Shown here: positions 1-13,312 of the stretch, piece by piece
Layout: each line of letters begins with the position of its first letter
Position numbering within the stretch: the first letter of the stretch is position 1
NCBI RefSeq assembly: GCF_037042905.1
Contig: NC_087263.1
Span: 6,696,001 to 6,760,000 of the forward strand
Length of the DNA: 64,000 nt
Source of the DNA: Lytechinus pictus
Taxonomy: Eukaryota
Direction of reading: 5' to 3'
The notes under the pieces: model-generated
Databases searched by the model: none
What the model saw: only the letters and a program-made list of their open reading frames with translations
Told to the model about the DNA's origin: nothing
Program-made: the position numbers and the translations under genes

Positions 1-1374
1 TGGTACTATCAACCTTATCTTGTTTGATGTAATTCTGGGAAGTGGTCAAGTCTGCGTAATCCCACCGGGACAGATAAGAGAACCATACAATTACATCATC
101 AATCAATGTGTCGTCCTCTCATTCTGCAATTTCTGGCAAAGTAAGTTCACAATATGCTGTGGTTTACAGGCCAAAGTGTGACCCATACAGACTGCAGTTT
201 TCCATTGATGTGTGTTATAACAGGGAACAAGATACCTAGTATACATACTGTATCTCTACTTCTCCTATTTTTTAGAATCTGCAGGCATAGACCCTGGTTT
301 TTGCAATCTGCATAGTGCTTATTAAAAGGACAAGTCCACTCCAACAAAATTAAGGATATTTCATACCCGAAAAAAATTGACAAGCAAAGCAAAAAAAAAA
401 AGGTTTTCAACCACAAATAAAGGATATTTCATAAAAAAAAGGCCTTTAATTTCAAAAGAGGGGCCACATCTCTGTTTTAATGGCATTCCTACATAACAAA
501 TTTTAATTTTGCTACTCAAAAGGGGGGGGGGGTCCCCTGGATCAGCGCCTGCATCTCTATATACATAATATATATGTATATTTAATGTAAAAAAAATCTT
601 TTAAAGACTGTAAGGCTTGCCAAGGAGAGAATCAATCTCAAAGTCAAATGAGTACAATCAGATATGCAATTAACAAGTTTCATCAAAATTTGTTAGATAT
701 AAAACTAATGGAAGTCAAAATCTTTCGTTTTGGCAAATATGCTCCAAAATGGTTAATTTTGTGGGCATCTCTCCATTTGTTTTTGGACACAAATTTTCTG
801 ATTTTTCCCATTATCTTTCAAATCTTATCTGGTCTCCACCTGAGCACAAAATTTCACGCCATGTATGCCAAGGTCAAGAGAAATTAATTACAAATATGTG
901 AAATAAAGGGGAAATATGTGTGTACTAAACAAAATGGAGAGTGGTTCACAATATCAGTCATTTTGACTTTATGAGGCATGTTTGCTAATTTCGGTAAATC
1001 GGATCCCTATAGACACTGTTGCAAGACTTTTCAAACTTCTCAAAATTTTGGTGGAACTTGTTTCAAATTGCTCCTTCCAAAAATATTGATTCTTGCCTTG
1101 GTTCTGGTTTCCTTTAACCTTGAATTTGATGCCATCTTTCATTACCCCTCTCCATAGGTGGCGTCTGGTAAAAGAGTTTGAGACTTGGCCTGATAATGAT
1201 CTTGAACTCTATAATCTTCCTTGTTTTCAAACCAGGTATGCGACAAGCGTAGCTATTATTTCTCTCAGTATCTGTTCCCATACCCCCCCCCCTTTCTATT
1301 CCCCATTTTGTATATATTTTAATGGTTGGTTTTTTCCAGTTTTGGTAATCTTGCTTTACCAGTCCCCCCTCTTC

Positions 1375-1680
1375 CACATCTTCCCATTTCATTCCTTCTC
1401 CTTATTATCTTTTCTTCTTTCTTCTGGTTCCGCTTCTTTCCTTTCCCCGTTCTTCTTCTTCCTCTTCTTCCTCCTCCTCCTCTTCTTCTTCATTATCTTT
1501 GTCTTCTTCTTCTCCTTCTTCTTCCATTTCTGACTTCTCTTTTTTTGCGTTCTCTCTTATACTCATTGTTCTTCTCCTCCTTTTCCCTTATGACCTTCTT
1601 CTTCACCTTCCTCTATTTCATCCTCCTCTTCCTCTTTCTTCTCAGTGTTCCTCCTCTTGTCATTTCACCCTCTTTTCATC
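1375..1680. repeat. (CTT/CCT)n pyrimidine-rich microsatellite region
   Basis: Low-complexity C/T tract; it explains several spurious ORFs. Confidence 0.85.
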
Positions 1681-2327
1681 CTGCTTGTGGCCTCAATATC
1701 CTACAGTATTTTCTGTCAATATTTATACTTCTTGACCTGCCAAATTCACAACACATCCACCATCCATACCATCTCTTCCATGTTGACATATATTGCATTC
1801 TTTTCTCTTTGATTTTTTTTTTGTCAATGGAACCATTCATGACCTCTTTTATGTTGACACATGCATTTCCCATTCAAATCAAAAGCAATAGCTTGTGCAA
1901 TTTCTGGATGCTACACAGTAATACAGACAACTAATCTATTTTTTCCAGGCAGTGGCATTAGCACAAGGGGCAACCCCTCCTCTCTCCCCCCCCCCCCACC
2001 CTTCTACACATTATGAGAAACACCTACTAAATATACAAAAACACTGATAAATATTATACAATTGTTATCCACCCCAGTATTTTCAAAGAGCTGTCTGCAC
2101 CTCTCTACTTCAACATTCTGGATCTGCCACTGAGACAAGTAGCATTCTTCAATGTCTGCTGAATTTCGAGCCAGGCCCGGGGAGCCAGGGAGCGCTCCTG
2201 CCTCCAAATATATCAGTTGCATTATCCTATGAACAAAATACTGCGCAAATGCCAGCAGGCTATTGAATCAAGCCATGGACAAAATTCCATCTCTTGTGAT
2301 TTTTAAATACTACAAGCATGACCAATA

Positions 2328-2888
2328 ACAAGTCCACTCCAGAAAAATGTTGATTTGAATAAAAAAAATCAAAACAGCATAATGCTAAAAATTTCATCAA
2401 AATCGGATGTAAAATAATTTCAAAGTTTCACTTATTTTTCACAAAACAGTTATTTGCACAATTCAGTGACATACAGCCGATGATTTCCTTCACTCATTGT
2501 TTCTTTTGTTGTTTTTGTTTGAATTAAACAATATTTCATTTTTTACAGATTTGACAATAAGGACCAACTTGGCTGGAACATATTATGATAGTATTAAATA
2601 ATGCTAATTCCACATATTCAGGGATAAATTGTTTCACTTGACATTGAGGAGAAAATTAGAATATTCATATAACATACAAAAGAAATAGTGAGTAAGTGAC
2701 ATCATCAGTCTCCTCATTTGCATACCAGCCAGGATGTGCTAACTGTTCTGTGAAATTTAGCAAAACTTTTAACAAATGTCATAACTTTCTTGTTTTACAT
2801 CCGATTTTGATGAAGTTTTCAGTGTTATGCTTGTTGGATTTTTCTGTTTTTATTCAAATAATTTTTTTGGTTAGGGTGGACTTGCCAT
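2328..2888. mobile_element. Kolobok-like non-autonomous DNA transposon (~0.57-kb family)
   Basis: Ends ACAAGTCCACTCCA...GGGTGGACTTGCCA. The internal sequence is shared with the copies at 38.2 kb, 48/57 kb and 61 kb. Confidence 0.65.
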
Positions 2889-3394
2889 TTATACATCAAA
2901 GCAAAAGCAGGTTAAACTGCTAATTCTGTTTCCCTTTTCCATCCACTGTACATTGATTGATATCAGAAAGGAAATGGTGATCGAGCCTGCTATTCATTTC
3001 CAGTGCATGGATGGCCTTTATGAAAAGTTTTCAAAGTACCGGTATTAACAAACAAATTTTGCAACTAACTGTCGTAGTTTGGCTATGGTATCAAGGTAAG
3101 ACTTATCTCCAACTTTCAATAATGAACTGCCCACAAAGGAGGAAATAACTTTCTTATTTCAGTCTGTTTACATCCGATTTTGATGAAATTTTCAGTGTTA
3201 TGCTTCTTTGATTTTCCTCTTTTTTATTTAAATCTCCGATCTTTAAATTCAAATCTTCAAGGTTTAAACCTAAATCTAATGTTCTTCTGTTTATATTCAC
3301 AGCGAATCGACTGAAGTCATTTTATTATGATTTCACAGAAAGATTGAGTTTGGCTCCACTGACCGAATAAGACAAAAATAAACGATCTTCTTAC

Positions 3395-3761
3395 CAATTT
3401 GCGACTCTTCCACTTTTCCATCCTTATTCACGATTTCCGATATAAACCATTCTATTTCAGCCTCAGTCCACTTCCCACCCTTCAATTTTTTCTCCGCGAT
3501 ATCAGTAAACCGAAACTCCTTGGGCGCTGTCCCCGCGGCGGCCTCGGCGGAGGCATTCCCCGCCACCGCATCCACTGGCTCGCATCCATCGCCGTTCGGA
3601 GATTTTACAGGAGGCATCTGGAGAAGCTGTCTTTTCACGCTGGAAATTTCGTCGGCATCAGCCACAACACAACTGAATGGACGTTTAGCTGACCCTTGAT
3701 TCGGAGTGCCTTGTTGACCACACGTTGGTCCTATCTCTTTTTGAGAACTCGTACGCCCCAT
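3395..3761 (-). CDS. TYMP: Thymidine phosphorylase, first coding exon (gene continues beyond the left edge)
   Basis: Translation ...FTDIAEKKLKGGKWTEAEIEWFISEIVNKDGKVEESQIG matches the TP/PyNP N-terminal helical domain (human: [34 protein letters not shown]). The exon ends ATT G|GTAAG, a phase-1 intron after 'QIG', as in human TYMP. No downstream exon was recognised in 1-3394. Confidence 0.8.
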
Positions 3762-3896
3762 TTGCCAGTCGACCTCTGAAGTCTTGAAGACAAGTAATTC
3801 GCTATTATCACTTCTAATTCTTCAGATACCAGAGTCAGCGGTTTTTGTAATACACTGTAGTGTACGTACGTTGCTCAGCGGTAGTATAATTGGATC

Positions 3897-3907
3897 GAGC
3901 ATGCGCA
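3897..3907. promoter_or_regulatory. NRF1-like element upstream of TYMP
   Basis: GAGCATGCGCA resembles the NRF1 palindrome TGCGCATGCGCA; it lies about 140 bp upstream of the ATG in a CpG-rich segment. Confidence 0.35.
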
Positions 3908-4324
3908 GTATATCGGGGACGCTATTTTTCGTTCGGTCCACGTGGAAACTGGTATGGTGTTTTGTTTACTTTGTTTAAAGGGACGCTGGAAAAGGGACGC
4001 ACGTCAGAGAACTAGTCTGCGGGCAGAAACCTTTTATTTTCGCCAATCGCATAGTGCATAATGCATTATGCATGGTCTGAAGTAGTGAGACTAGATTCAC
4101 TATGTACTTTGCTTGTGGTTGTATCTATCTTATTTGACAGCGACAGAGAGTTTGAAGTCTAGTCTTCACTTTTGACGTGGTATAGTTTCTCGTACGTATC
4201 GAATTTGAGTCTGAGACTGCAGACTATCAGAGAGTGGGTGTGTGGCAGGCGGGGCTGTGTATCTGTACGTGGAGTTCATCTCTCTTTTTTTATATTCAAA
4301 GAGATGCAAGAGAGCTTTTTCTTC

Positions 4325-4356
<32 letters not shown>

Positions 4357-4663
4357 TTATTTTCTTTATTATAATATTGCCTTATGTTCTTCATGCTATA
4401 AATAAAAAATAAATGCCTAAATTGAGCCTCTTTGAACTCCCGAAAATAGTCAAATTGACTGGTTGCCAAATAAAAAGAAGAAACGCCCTCCCCTCCCTCC
4501 CTCACTCGCCCACACTCCCACTTCTTTCCATAAATTCACTGATACCCTTGTGATACCCTTGTGTCAACGAATATTGCTCACGATTTCTCCGTATCGACCT
4601 GTCAGGAATAGTCAATACATTACGTAACATTAGACCGTTATAAATAATAGGCCTACCATCTAG

Positions 4664-5095
4664 AGGGGTTTCACACCGAGATGTACGTGGGTAGAGTTGT
4701 TCAGTTCAGTTATTTTATTTGTCTTCCAACTTTGAGTTTGAATACATGACAAACATATAAGTGTGTATGAAACAATGAGCAGAGTACATGATAAAACATA
4801 CAGGTATATATAAAACAGGTCAAGTCAATCTTGACGTTCATATGCCATAATAATCATTGTAATGATTGTGGGCATTAACGGAAAGACAAGACGAGTATGC
4901 AGAAAATATTGTTTTTAAATACATTATACAGCTTGAGACAGAAAAGAAATAATTTTAAAGGAAGACGAGGAGACCTAAGTGAAGCAATGCTTGGATAAAC
5001 AACGAAGTAGAGACTACGCAACACTACGCCGCTATTCGTTTTACGTGCTTATGCAAGTCTACACAACTCGACCCAGATTCCGGTGTGAAACCCCC
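4664..5095. mobile_element. MITE with GGGGTTTCACACCG terminal inverted repeats
   Basis: GGGGTTTCACACCGAG...GGGTAGAGTTG on the left and CAACTCGACCCA...CGGTGTGAAACCCC on the right. Confidence 0.5.
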
Positions 5096-5366
5096 CACTT
5101 GCCTTCATGATAACGGTTCTCAGAAATTACACATAAAAGGAAGACCGACAAGAATCGAGACAGCCAACTTTGTTGACTGAAGGCGTGCAGTATTACTAAA
5201 CTTTAAAATCCATTAATCGTAAGATTTTCAGCATTTTGCTCAGTGAATTTTACTGTATTCATTTAGTAGATTGTTTTGTTTTGTAAAAGGGTCCCGGAAA
5301 GGGTATATGCAATGCAGGTTCCACAACAGTATAATGGATGTTATTGTTTGCTATACAATTGGACTA

Positions 5367-5662
5367 AGGGACGCACCATTAGATATCCAGGGGGGCTGGA
5401 AGTTTTTCACAAAAAAAATTGACTTGCTATATATAGCACATATATGTGAAAAAACTTGACTCACCGTCAGAGTAAAAAAAATTGGACCACTGACAAATCA
5501 TCTAAAAGGTGCAAAAAATAAACAAAAACTTGTCTCAATGGAGTGAGGGGAAAAAAACTTTGCTCAAAGAAGAAAGGGAAAAAAATGTTGCATAAAAAAT
5601 GTTGCATCAAACAAAACTTCCAGCTCCCCCCCCCCCCCCTGTGTATCTAATGATGCGTCCCT
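5367..5662. mobile_element. MITE, PIF/Harbinger- or ISL2EU-like
   Basis: TIRs AGGGACGCACCATTAGAT / ATCTAATGATGCGTCCCT with G-run and C-run subtermini. Confidence 0.65.
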
Positions 5663-7588
5663 ATTAAAGCAAAGAGAGACTCTGAGAGAGGTACATAATT
5701 GTATTTCCCTGGCATATCCAAATTAATGTGTGACATCACATTCGGGTGACACCACATTTGCTCCTGCGACAATAATTAGGGTTGTAATATGGTTTATATG
5801 TATGTTAGGTTTAGTGTAGGGTTTAATGTTAAACCCAGGGTTGAAGTTGGTGAGCAATTGTCGCCGGAGCAAATGTCATGGAACCCTTTTCGCATTGTCA
5901 GTTGGAGGATATCCATAACAAACGTGTTGTCGACATTCATGCTTACTCTTTCCATGGTAGGTTCCATTCTCTTATTGTCCAATTGGCCTCAAATTTTCAT
6001 TGACTAGCCAATTCGTTTATTTATCTGCTTTCATTTCCCCCAAGCGTTCACAAACGTGATATAAATTTAGTGTCGGAAAGTGACAATGTTGGATTTCGGT
6101 ATGGGATATGTAAATAAGAAGGAAAATGAAGTTGACCTTTTTGTCAATGAGCTTTTTAACAATATTGTAAACATTACCATAATGATTGTGATTTATATAT
6201 GGGCACCCCCAACTTTCACAACAGTTCCGCATCCCCCGATGTCGGAAAAGAAAAGAAAAAAAGTCAGAAAAGGAGAGAGACGGGGGTGGAAGGGGGGGGG
6301 GAAAGCTGAGAAGAAAAAAAGCCGAGCATAAAACGAGATGTAGTGGTCTTTCAACTCTGTATAGATCCCGTAGTAAAGAAAAATGGGGTCCCCCACCCCC
6401 CCCCCTCCTTAAAGGCATGGGCGGAAATCCTAGGGGGACAGGGGGACGCGTCCCCCCTACCATTTTGGAAGGGGGGGGGACATACTATCAAATGTCCCCC
6501 GGCTATCTGTGGTCTTTTATTATGGAAAAAATACATAATTCAAAATCGAAATTATACACATGGGCATTTTCACGGTAACTGACGTTACAAGGCACAATTT
6601 TACACACTTTTCATTGTGTGTATGATTATCTCTAAAACAACTGATGGGAGTTTTGCTTTAAAGCAAACCATATTTCGAAATATATATAAACAGATAGCTT
6701 TTGTTAAGAACTTGTATAGGAAAAAAGGCATACCGGCCCGACTATTCTCGAACTCGCATCTAGCCCTATATATGCCAGCCAAAGAATGATGACTACAGGT
6801 TCGTACACCTGGGGGGGATGACTGGGCTGCCAACGCTAGTGAGGGCGCGAAGCGCCCGAGCGAGGTAGCGAAGCGACCGAGCGGGGGGAGGGTGTGGGAG
6901 GGGGGTGTCCCCCCTCCCACGGTAGGGAGCTTTTGCAATTTTGAACTTGAAATCGTGCAATCTGATGCATACTTAATGAGGTAAAATAACACACACAAGC
7001 GCGCACGCACACACACACATACTCACCCCCCCACACACACACACACGGGTGCGCGCACCACACACATACTACGCCTTGAATGGACAGACATACATCGACA
7101 AAATCTACACACCGTGGCATACGAATACAGAATGGACTGACACATAGTATTGCATATTGAACCACACTACGTATTTATTTATCTCTGTGAATTTTGCTGT
7201 TACACCTCTTCAGAAAAAAAAACAATGTCAACTGTGTACACGCAGGTATAGTCTTTGTTGTCTTGATATGGGTATGTGGTTATGAATGAAAACAGCCTCT
7301 GTGGCCATTTGTGAATAGAACACATAAACAACAAACAAATAACAATATGTCTGTTCATTATAAAGCATAATGAATACGTACATACTATGCTTTTTTTTTT
7401 ACCTCAAAGAAACAGGCATAGTATCCATAGATGGATATTAGCTGGCGGCTCATTAACATACAGATACAAAAAACATAAACAGTATCACTATGATCCATGG
7501 AGTAACAATACTGCTCTGTAAGTTTGTGAAGAAATCGGAACCATAACGGCATTGCATCGTTTCAAATTAGGGCATTATTTACTTCTAT

Positions 7589-7741
7589 NNNNNNNNNNNN
7601 NNNNNNNNNNNNNNNNNNNNNNNNNNNNNNNNNNNNNNNNNNNNNNNNNNNNNNNNNNNNNNNNNNNNNNNNNNNNNNNNNNNNNNNNNNNNNNNNNNNN
7701 NNNNNNNNNNNNNNNNNNNNNNNNNNNNNNNNNNNNNNNNN
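7589..7741. other. Assembly gap (N run)
   Basis: 153 N bases. Confidence 1.
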
Positions 7742-9127
7742 CTAATACAAATGATAATGCTAATACTACTATGTTCCTTTTATCTCGCATTTCAAGACAG
7801 GGTAAATTCACACTGCGCTTTACATGAAACAAACTTCTTTAAACATTTCAAACTTATGTCTTCATGCATCAATCAACATACTTTAAATGAATACAAAACA
7901 AAGTGCATCTTAAATAAAACAAAAATAAATAAATAGTTAACAATACAGAAAAGATGTAGCTGCTGCAAGCTTAACAACAAACTAATGTATACCAGTCAGT
8001 CCTGATATCAGTATTAGTGTAACAATAGTCATATAGTGGGAGCATGAAGTTGAACAATTCATGATTATACATAATTATATATGTTTGTTTGAATAATACT
8101 TGTTATAAAGATAGTAGTATGGTACTCTCTGTCACGAATTATTATGTATACTGTTGTATCACATTCATTTTCTATTCTGTTTTAGATTGCGCTGATGCAT
8201 TTTGCACACAATGTATAATGCCTATAACACGAGTGGGCCAGACCACACATGTATTTCAATAAAAACCGACTTGAGAAAATAACGTGTATATAAATATATA
8301 AATAAATAAATAAATAAATACATATAATGTATATATATATGTATAACTATCATATACCTGTAATATAATCTGATATAAACTAATAAATAAATAAATAAAT
8401 ATAATACATATCATATATGAGAAGGTATTGCTAGTACTCGGTTCGTGCCTGAAAAGTAGTCTCGATGAAAAGAAAAAAGTTGTTGCTTCATTCCCATACC
8501 AAAAACAGCTTGATTAACAGTTGCTAATCAGATAATAGAGACATGCGGTAAGTTGGTAAACTTACTTAAGGAGCATTCATGGCTCAACAAACAAACATAT
8601 CGGTCTCTTAGTCAGTTTTACTTTTGTAGTCTTGCAAATTTGTGTCTTAGAAACCAAATATCTTGCGCCTCTTTTCGTTCCTGCCCAGTAAATACTTGTA
8701 AGATTTTCTTTTTTTTTACCGTCTGAATTGGCTTTCACCGTGTGAATGCGGCTAATAACAATAAACACAATTACAATAATGATGAGGATTATTATTATCA
8801 TCATCATAATTATTATTATTATTAATATTATAATTGTTATCATTATTATCATTACTATTATTATCATCATTATGACTTATTAAGTAACCAAATATCATTC
8901 CCCAAAACCTGGGGGGGATGATTGTACATGCCATCCCCCCCACCTTGTGAGGTGGGGGGGATGCATCCCCCTCATCCCCCCCGTTGTCTACGCCCCTGTT
9001 TACACTTAATCGGCTTTGAAGTGTTACGATTGTCCAGTTTTTAGGTTGGAAATACAAACTTTCAGCTCGCTCTTCGCGCCCTCATTAATTGTTTAGATTC
9101 CTATCCTGTTCGTTTTTTAGGTGCCAG

Positions 9128-9290
9128 GTAAAAATAGCAGAGGTAAGAATGGCAGAGGTAAAAATGGCAGAGGGAAAAATGGCAGAGGTAATAATGGCTG
9201 AGGTAAAAACGGCAGAGGTAAAAAGAGCAGAGGCATAAATGACAAGAGGTAAAAATGGAAGATGTGATAATGGCAGGGGTAAAAGTGACC
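9128..9290. repeat. 15-bp tandem repeat (GGTAAAAATGGCAGA)n
   Basis: About 10 degenerate units; the repeat resumes near 9600 after a CACT-type MITE. Confidence 0.75.
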
Positions 9291-9296
9291 GAGGTA

Positions 9297-9597
9297 CACT
9301 ATTAAAAAAAACAGTAGATTCTACAGAAGAAAAATTAAAAAACAGGTTTTACAGAAAAGAAAAAGGAATTTTGTAAATTATAATAACAGGAGGATTTTCC
9401 ACAATTTTACAGAACAGATGTTTTAAAAAGGGGAAAACAGTTTTATTACAATAGATTTGTAAGGGTACACGCACAAAAACAAATTTTCTGTAATTTTACA
9501 CAAATGCATGTAATATTACAATGCAGTAAGATTACAGGTGTTCTCCAGACTCTGTTGCAGGAATTTTTTATTTTTAAGTATAAAATTTCTAATAGTG
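9297..9597. mobile_element. CACT-terminus (EnSpm/CMC-like) MITE
   Basis: TA|CACTATTAAAAA...TTTCTAATAGTG|TA: inverted termini flanked by TA. Confidence 0.55.
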
Positions 9598-10042
9598 TAA
9601 AAAACGGCGGAGTTGAAAACGGTAAAGGTAAAGATGGCAGAGACAAAAATGAAAGAGATATGGGGTGCTGGTTTGTTAAAAAGCCGAGAAAAAAAGTTTT
9701 CACTCCAAAATGAAAGGGGATTTGGCTAAGGAGGAAAATGACACAAAGAATTATTTCAACTAAATGAAGTTCTTTTAGGTCAGAAAAAGAATTACAACAA
9801 AAATATAACAATTAGATAATAAACAATGTTTTTTCTTCTGTTTGAAAAATAACAGAGATTTGTATCAAATCTCTACATTTTAGCATACCAAGCTAATTAC
9901 CAAGAGGGTGCTGCTTATGGTGTACAAAATACCCAACAGCACTTCCGCTTCCAAGGGTTATGACCATCAAGCCGTTTATATCATATTGGATGCAGTGGTA
10001 AAGGTTCAGGGTCGTGATGAGCAAGGACTTAAACATGTATAA

Positions 10043-10073
<31 letters not shown>

Positions 10074-10218
10074 AAGTTATACATGTACTACAGCTTTGGC
10101 AACTCTTTTATATTTAAATATTGTGTGAAAGAAATGGATGAAGAGAACAATGGTAGGCGTAGCTTAAATCAAGGTTCCCCAGAGCTATCTACCCTTTTTG
10201 GAAAAATTGGTGATGCCG

Positions 10219-10224
10219 AAAAAA
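10219..10224 (-). terminator. RNA polymerase III terminator (T6)
   Basis: Six T on the minus strand directly after the tRNA discriminator base. Confidence 0.6.
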
Positions 10225-10296
10225 TGTCTCCGCCGGGAATCGAACCCGGGCCCCCAGCTTTGAACGCCGGTGCCTTAACCACTAGACCACAGAGAC
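10225..10296 (-). tRNA. tRNA-like gene with UCA anticodon (Glu/Asp-type body; suppressor-like or repeat-borne)
   Basis: GTCTCTG TG GTCT AGTGGTTA AGGC A CCGGC GTTCAAA GCTGG GGGC CCGGG TTCGATT CCCGG CGGAGAC A. All four stems pair, the A and B boxes are intact, and TTTTTT follows immediately. Confidence 0.7.
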
Positions 10297-13239
10297 GGGT
10301 TAGTGACTAGGGCGACCCCGATCCAATTCACCGTCAGATAGACAGATTTTCGACACCATACCAATTATAATTCAAAGAAAATTCACGAAAGTGATGATTA
10401 TAGACAAATTATATATGAATGGAAAGGTCTTGTCTTTTTATACACAAATATGTCACTAAAAAGTCTTATTGATGTCGTGGAAATGCAAGAAATGAAATTA
10501 TTAGAGACCCTTCTCAGCCCCCCAGCCGCCCCCAGACAGACAATAACCGTCGTGATCAAATACAGTCGAGAATAATGACGTCACATGATGATCGACTCAC
10601 TCAGCCGCTCTCTAGCTCTGTGCAAGCCAGCAGTACACTGATAGCTGATTCACCTTCCTGGTCTCTATTTTTCTTCGAATTTACCGTTTTCTTCATGTAT
10701 TGTGATATCCGAATTCTGTTTTCGACAACTTCAGACTATAAGGGAACCAGATCTGTGTTATTTTGCCCGGTTTTTATTGAATTGTGAACTGGAAAGATCG
10801 ATTTTGTCCACTCGACAGTATTCGTTGTGTTGCTCTACTAACTATTGAAAAACTCCAAGCTGCACGGTCCCATTCACTTGCTCCCGATGCATGTTGCAGG
10901 TTACGCTGTTTGATCCAGTCAAAAGTCAAGGTAAGCATGTTTGGAAACTGTACTTGTTCTGACGATGCATTCAGGTCAGATGACAGATACAGATCTGATA
11001 TAAGTTTAGAATCATGCATTTTGGCGTATACTATTAAAATTAAAAAGTCTTTATTTTAGACATAATGTTTTTGCACAATTCCAGCAGATTTTTTCTTCAG
11101 ATTTCTAAAACTGGTCAGGACTCAGGCAGGCGATTAAATTATTTAGGAGCATGGCCATGGCTGAAAATCTGCTGTTTCAGATATGTTTAAGTTTTTATTA
11201 TACACATAATTATATCACCATGATGCCGATGTCATGAAGCCAGGCAAATTTTCAGCAGTGATTACCCTGATTCCTGGCCAAAATCACTCATACGTATTGC
11301 GAGGTTAGTATTAGTATACTAACCTCGCACCACGAACCGCGTTTGGCAGTGGATTTCTAACTAGTGGGTCGCGCGTGCTGGGATCTCACTTTTTGGGTCC
11401 ACAACACACGACTTCTATGGCTTGAATTTTCTGTGCGCGGCGGCATGTAATGAACCCTTGGGTGGGCCAAAATTAGAGTCTGGTGTTTCTTTCTGATTAG
11501 AGTGTTGCTGCATATATGCATGCGTAATGCCTTCAACAATGAAGATAAATGCAATATTTGTAATGACACAGAGACTCAGAGAGCACCGTACCTCAAGTGA
11601 TGTTCGTGTAGTCTCCACTTCACTACTGCTACAGCCTACACTACGCTACACACCTACCCGGGTAGGTGTGGTGGCGTACATGTACGGTAGTGTAGCGGTA
11701 GTGAAGTGGAGTGGGGCCTACACAAACATCACTTGAGGTAGAGCACCAGTGTTCTGAGTGGAACTTTTCAGGTGTCTTAACCTATACTATCATTTGTTGT
11801 TGACCGGGAATTACATGCCACCGCACGTCATCAATCATCACGATAATTAAATTCATACTTTGATTTGATTATTTAAACTATTTCTTTTTTTCTCTCTTCT
11901 ACACACATATCTGCACACTTGCTGACTCTGGTGACTTCTGGTCTCTGCTTGCTACCTCAATCTGGGAGATTCCATCATGTCCTTTTACTATGATTTGGAT
12001 ATAGCCATTTTTTTCTTCACTCTTTCCAGGACATACGGTTTGCAAGTTGTGGACTGATAATGATACAAAAGAAAAATTTTCTTTATCAATCTTGGAAACA
12101 ATTTTGAGCACAGTTTTGGAGAGAACTAAGAAATTTGACTTGGACAGGAATACAGCTTGTCAAAAATAATAACACACAATTTAAAACGAAAGAACAATTT
12201 TAATGTTACTAGGGCATTTTGCGAGAAATGTTATACTCAATCACACGTCCCAAATCAAGGGTAAGTCCTTTGATTAAACATGTAGTTGAATTGCGATTGC
12301 AACTCGACCTTATTACGCTTGAATTTGAATTTAAGAATTACGCTTGATTTGCAATTGAACATAAGTTTCTTGCAGTGCCCCATAATTATGTTTTGTTATC
12401 AGATATTTAACGTGCTGATTTTTCTCGAAAGGTATAATATATTTGTCCTTTTAAACGGTATTTGAATATGGGTACGCCTTTTATTTGTTTTCCACAATAT
12501 TTATTGCATGTATGAACAGAAGTGAAATATTTATTGTGAAGCACTGTGAATGTTGTGTGCTGTTGTGTGATGGTTCATCATTTTTGTTATAAGACTGAAA
12601 GCCTGGTGGATGTGAGGAAGTGGCATGGATGAAAGAAAAGTGAACATGTGTCCAATTACTGATTTGCATATTCTAAGACAATTTTGTTTCTGGATAAATT
12701 TTGCTATGCATTCCCTACATTAAGAGTAAAGGAGAAGTCCACGCAATCAAAAATTAATTTGAATTTAAAGAAAAATAACAAGATATTGCAGGAAATTTCA
12801 TAAAAACTTTGATTCAAATTTATATAATTACTATTTTAACAGTTCCGTAAATATGACCTATTGTGATCAGATGAAGAGTTTCCTATCGTCAAATCTGCAA
12901 AGAATAAAAAACAAAATGCCACAAAAAATAGAAACGAATGTGATGTGAGTGACAACTCTAATTTGCATATCATTGTTTTGTGTACATGACTGTTTTGAGT
13001 AAAAACAACAAGGGAAATTACTCTATTCAAATAATTTTTAGTTGATGTGGACTTGACTTTTAACTCTACCCCTCCCATCCCAAATAAGAGTAGAAATAAT
13101 CTAATCAAGAAAATCAAAAGCAGCAATTAAGAAACAAGATTTGATAAATACAGGTCTGAATAGAATTTCACAAGAAAATAAAAAGAGAAAAAAAGATGGG
13201 TAGGGACGGGGAAGGAATTAAAAAAAAAATGCCCAGAAA

Positions 13240-13312
13240 AAAAAATCCGAGTTTCGAACCAGGGTCCTCGCACATGACAAAACAATGGCCAACGCATTTG
13301 GCTACAGACCAT
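13240..13312 (-). pseudogene. Degenerate tRNA-like sequence (GTC in loop), probably within a DNA-transposon remnant
   Basis: Minus strand ...TAGCCAAATGCG...TTGTCAT...GGACCCTGGTTCGAAACTCGG followed by a T-run. A B box is present but the stems are broken. Confidence 0.35.

Noticed and set aside
1093-1934. Long F/L/S/P-rich ORFs
   Set aside because: Products of the (CTT/CCT)n low-complexity tract; no domain signal.
2004-2222. Possible TYMP exon 2 (CAG|GA GCG CTC...)
   Set aside because: Starts G-A-L but does not continue as the expected AMLMAI...GM...ET...DKHSTGG.
7552-7832. ORFs spanning N runs (also 41030-41419)
   Set aside because: Artefacts of assembly gaps.
10225-10296. tRNA-Sec or mitochondrial tRNA-Trp (numt)
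   Set aside because: It has a short variable arm and 7/5 fold (not Sec), a GC-rich nuclear-type body with A/B boxes and T6, and no flanking mitochondrial sequence.
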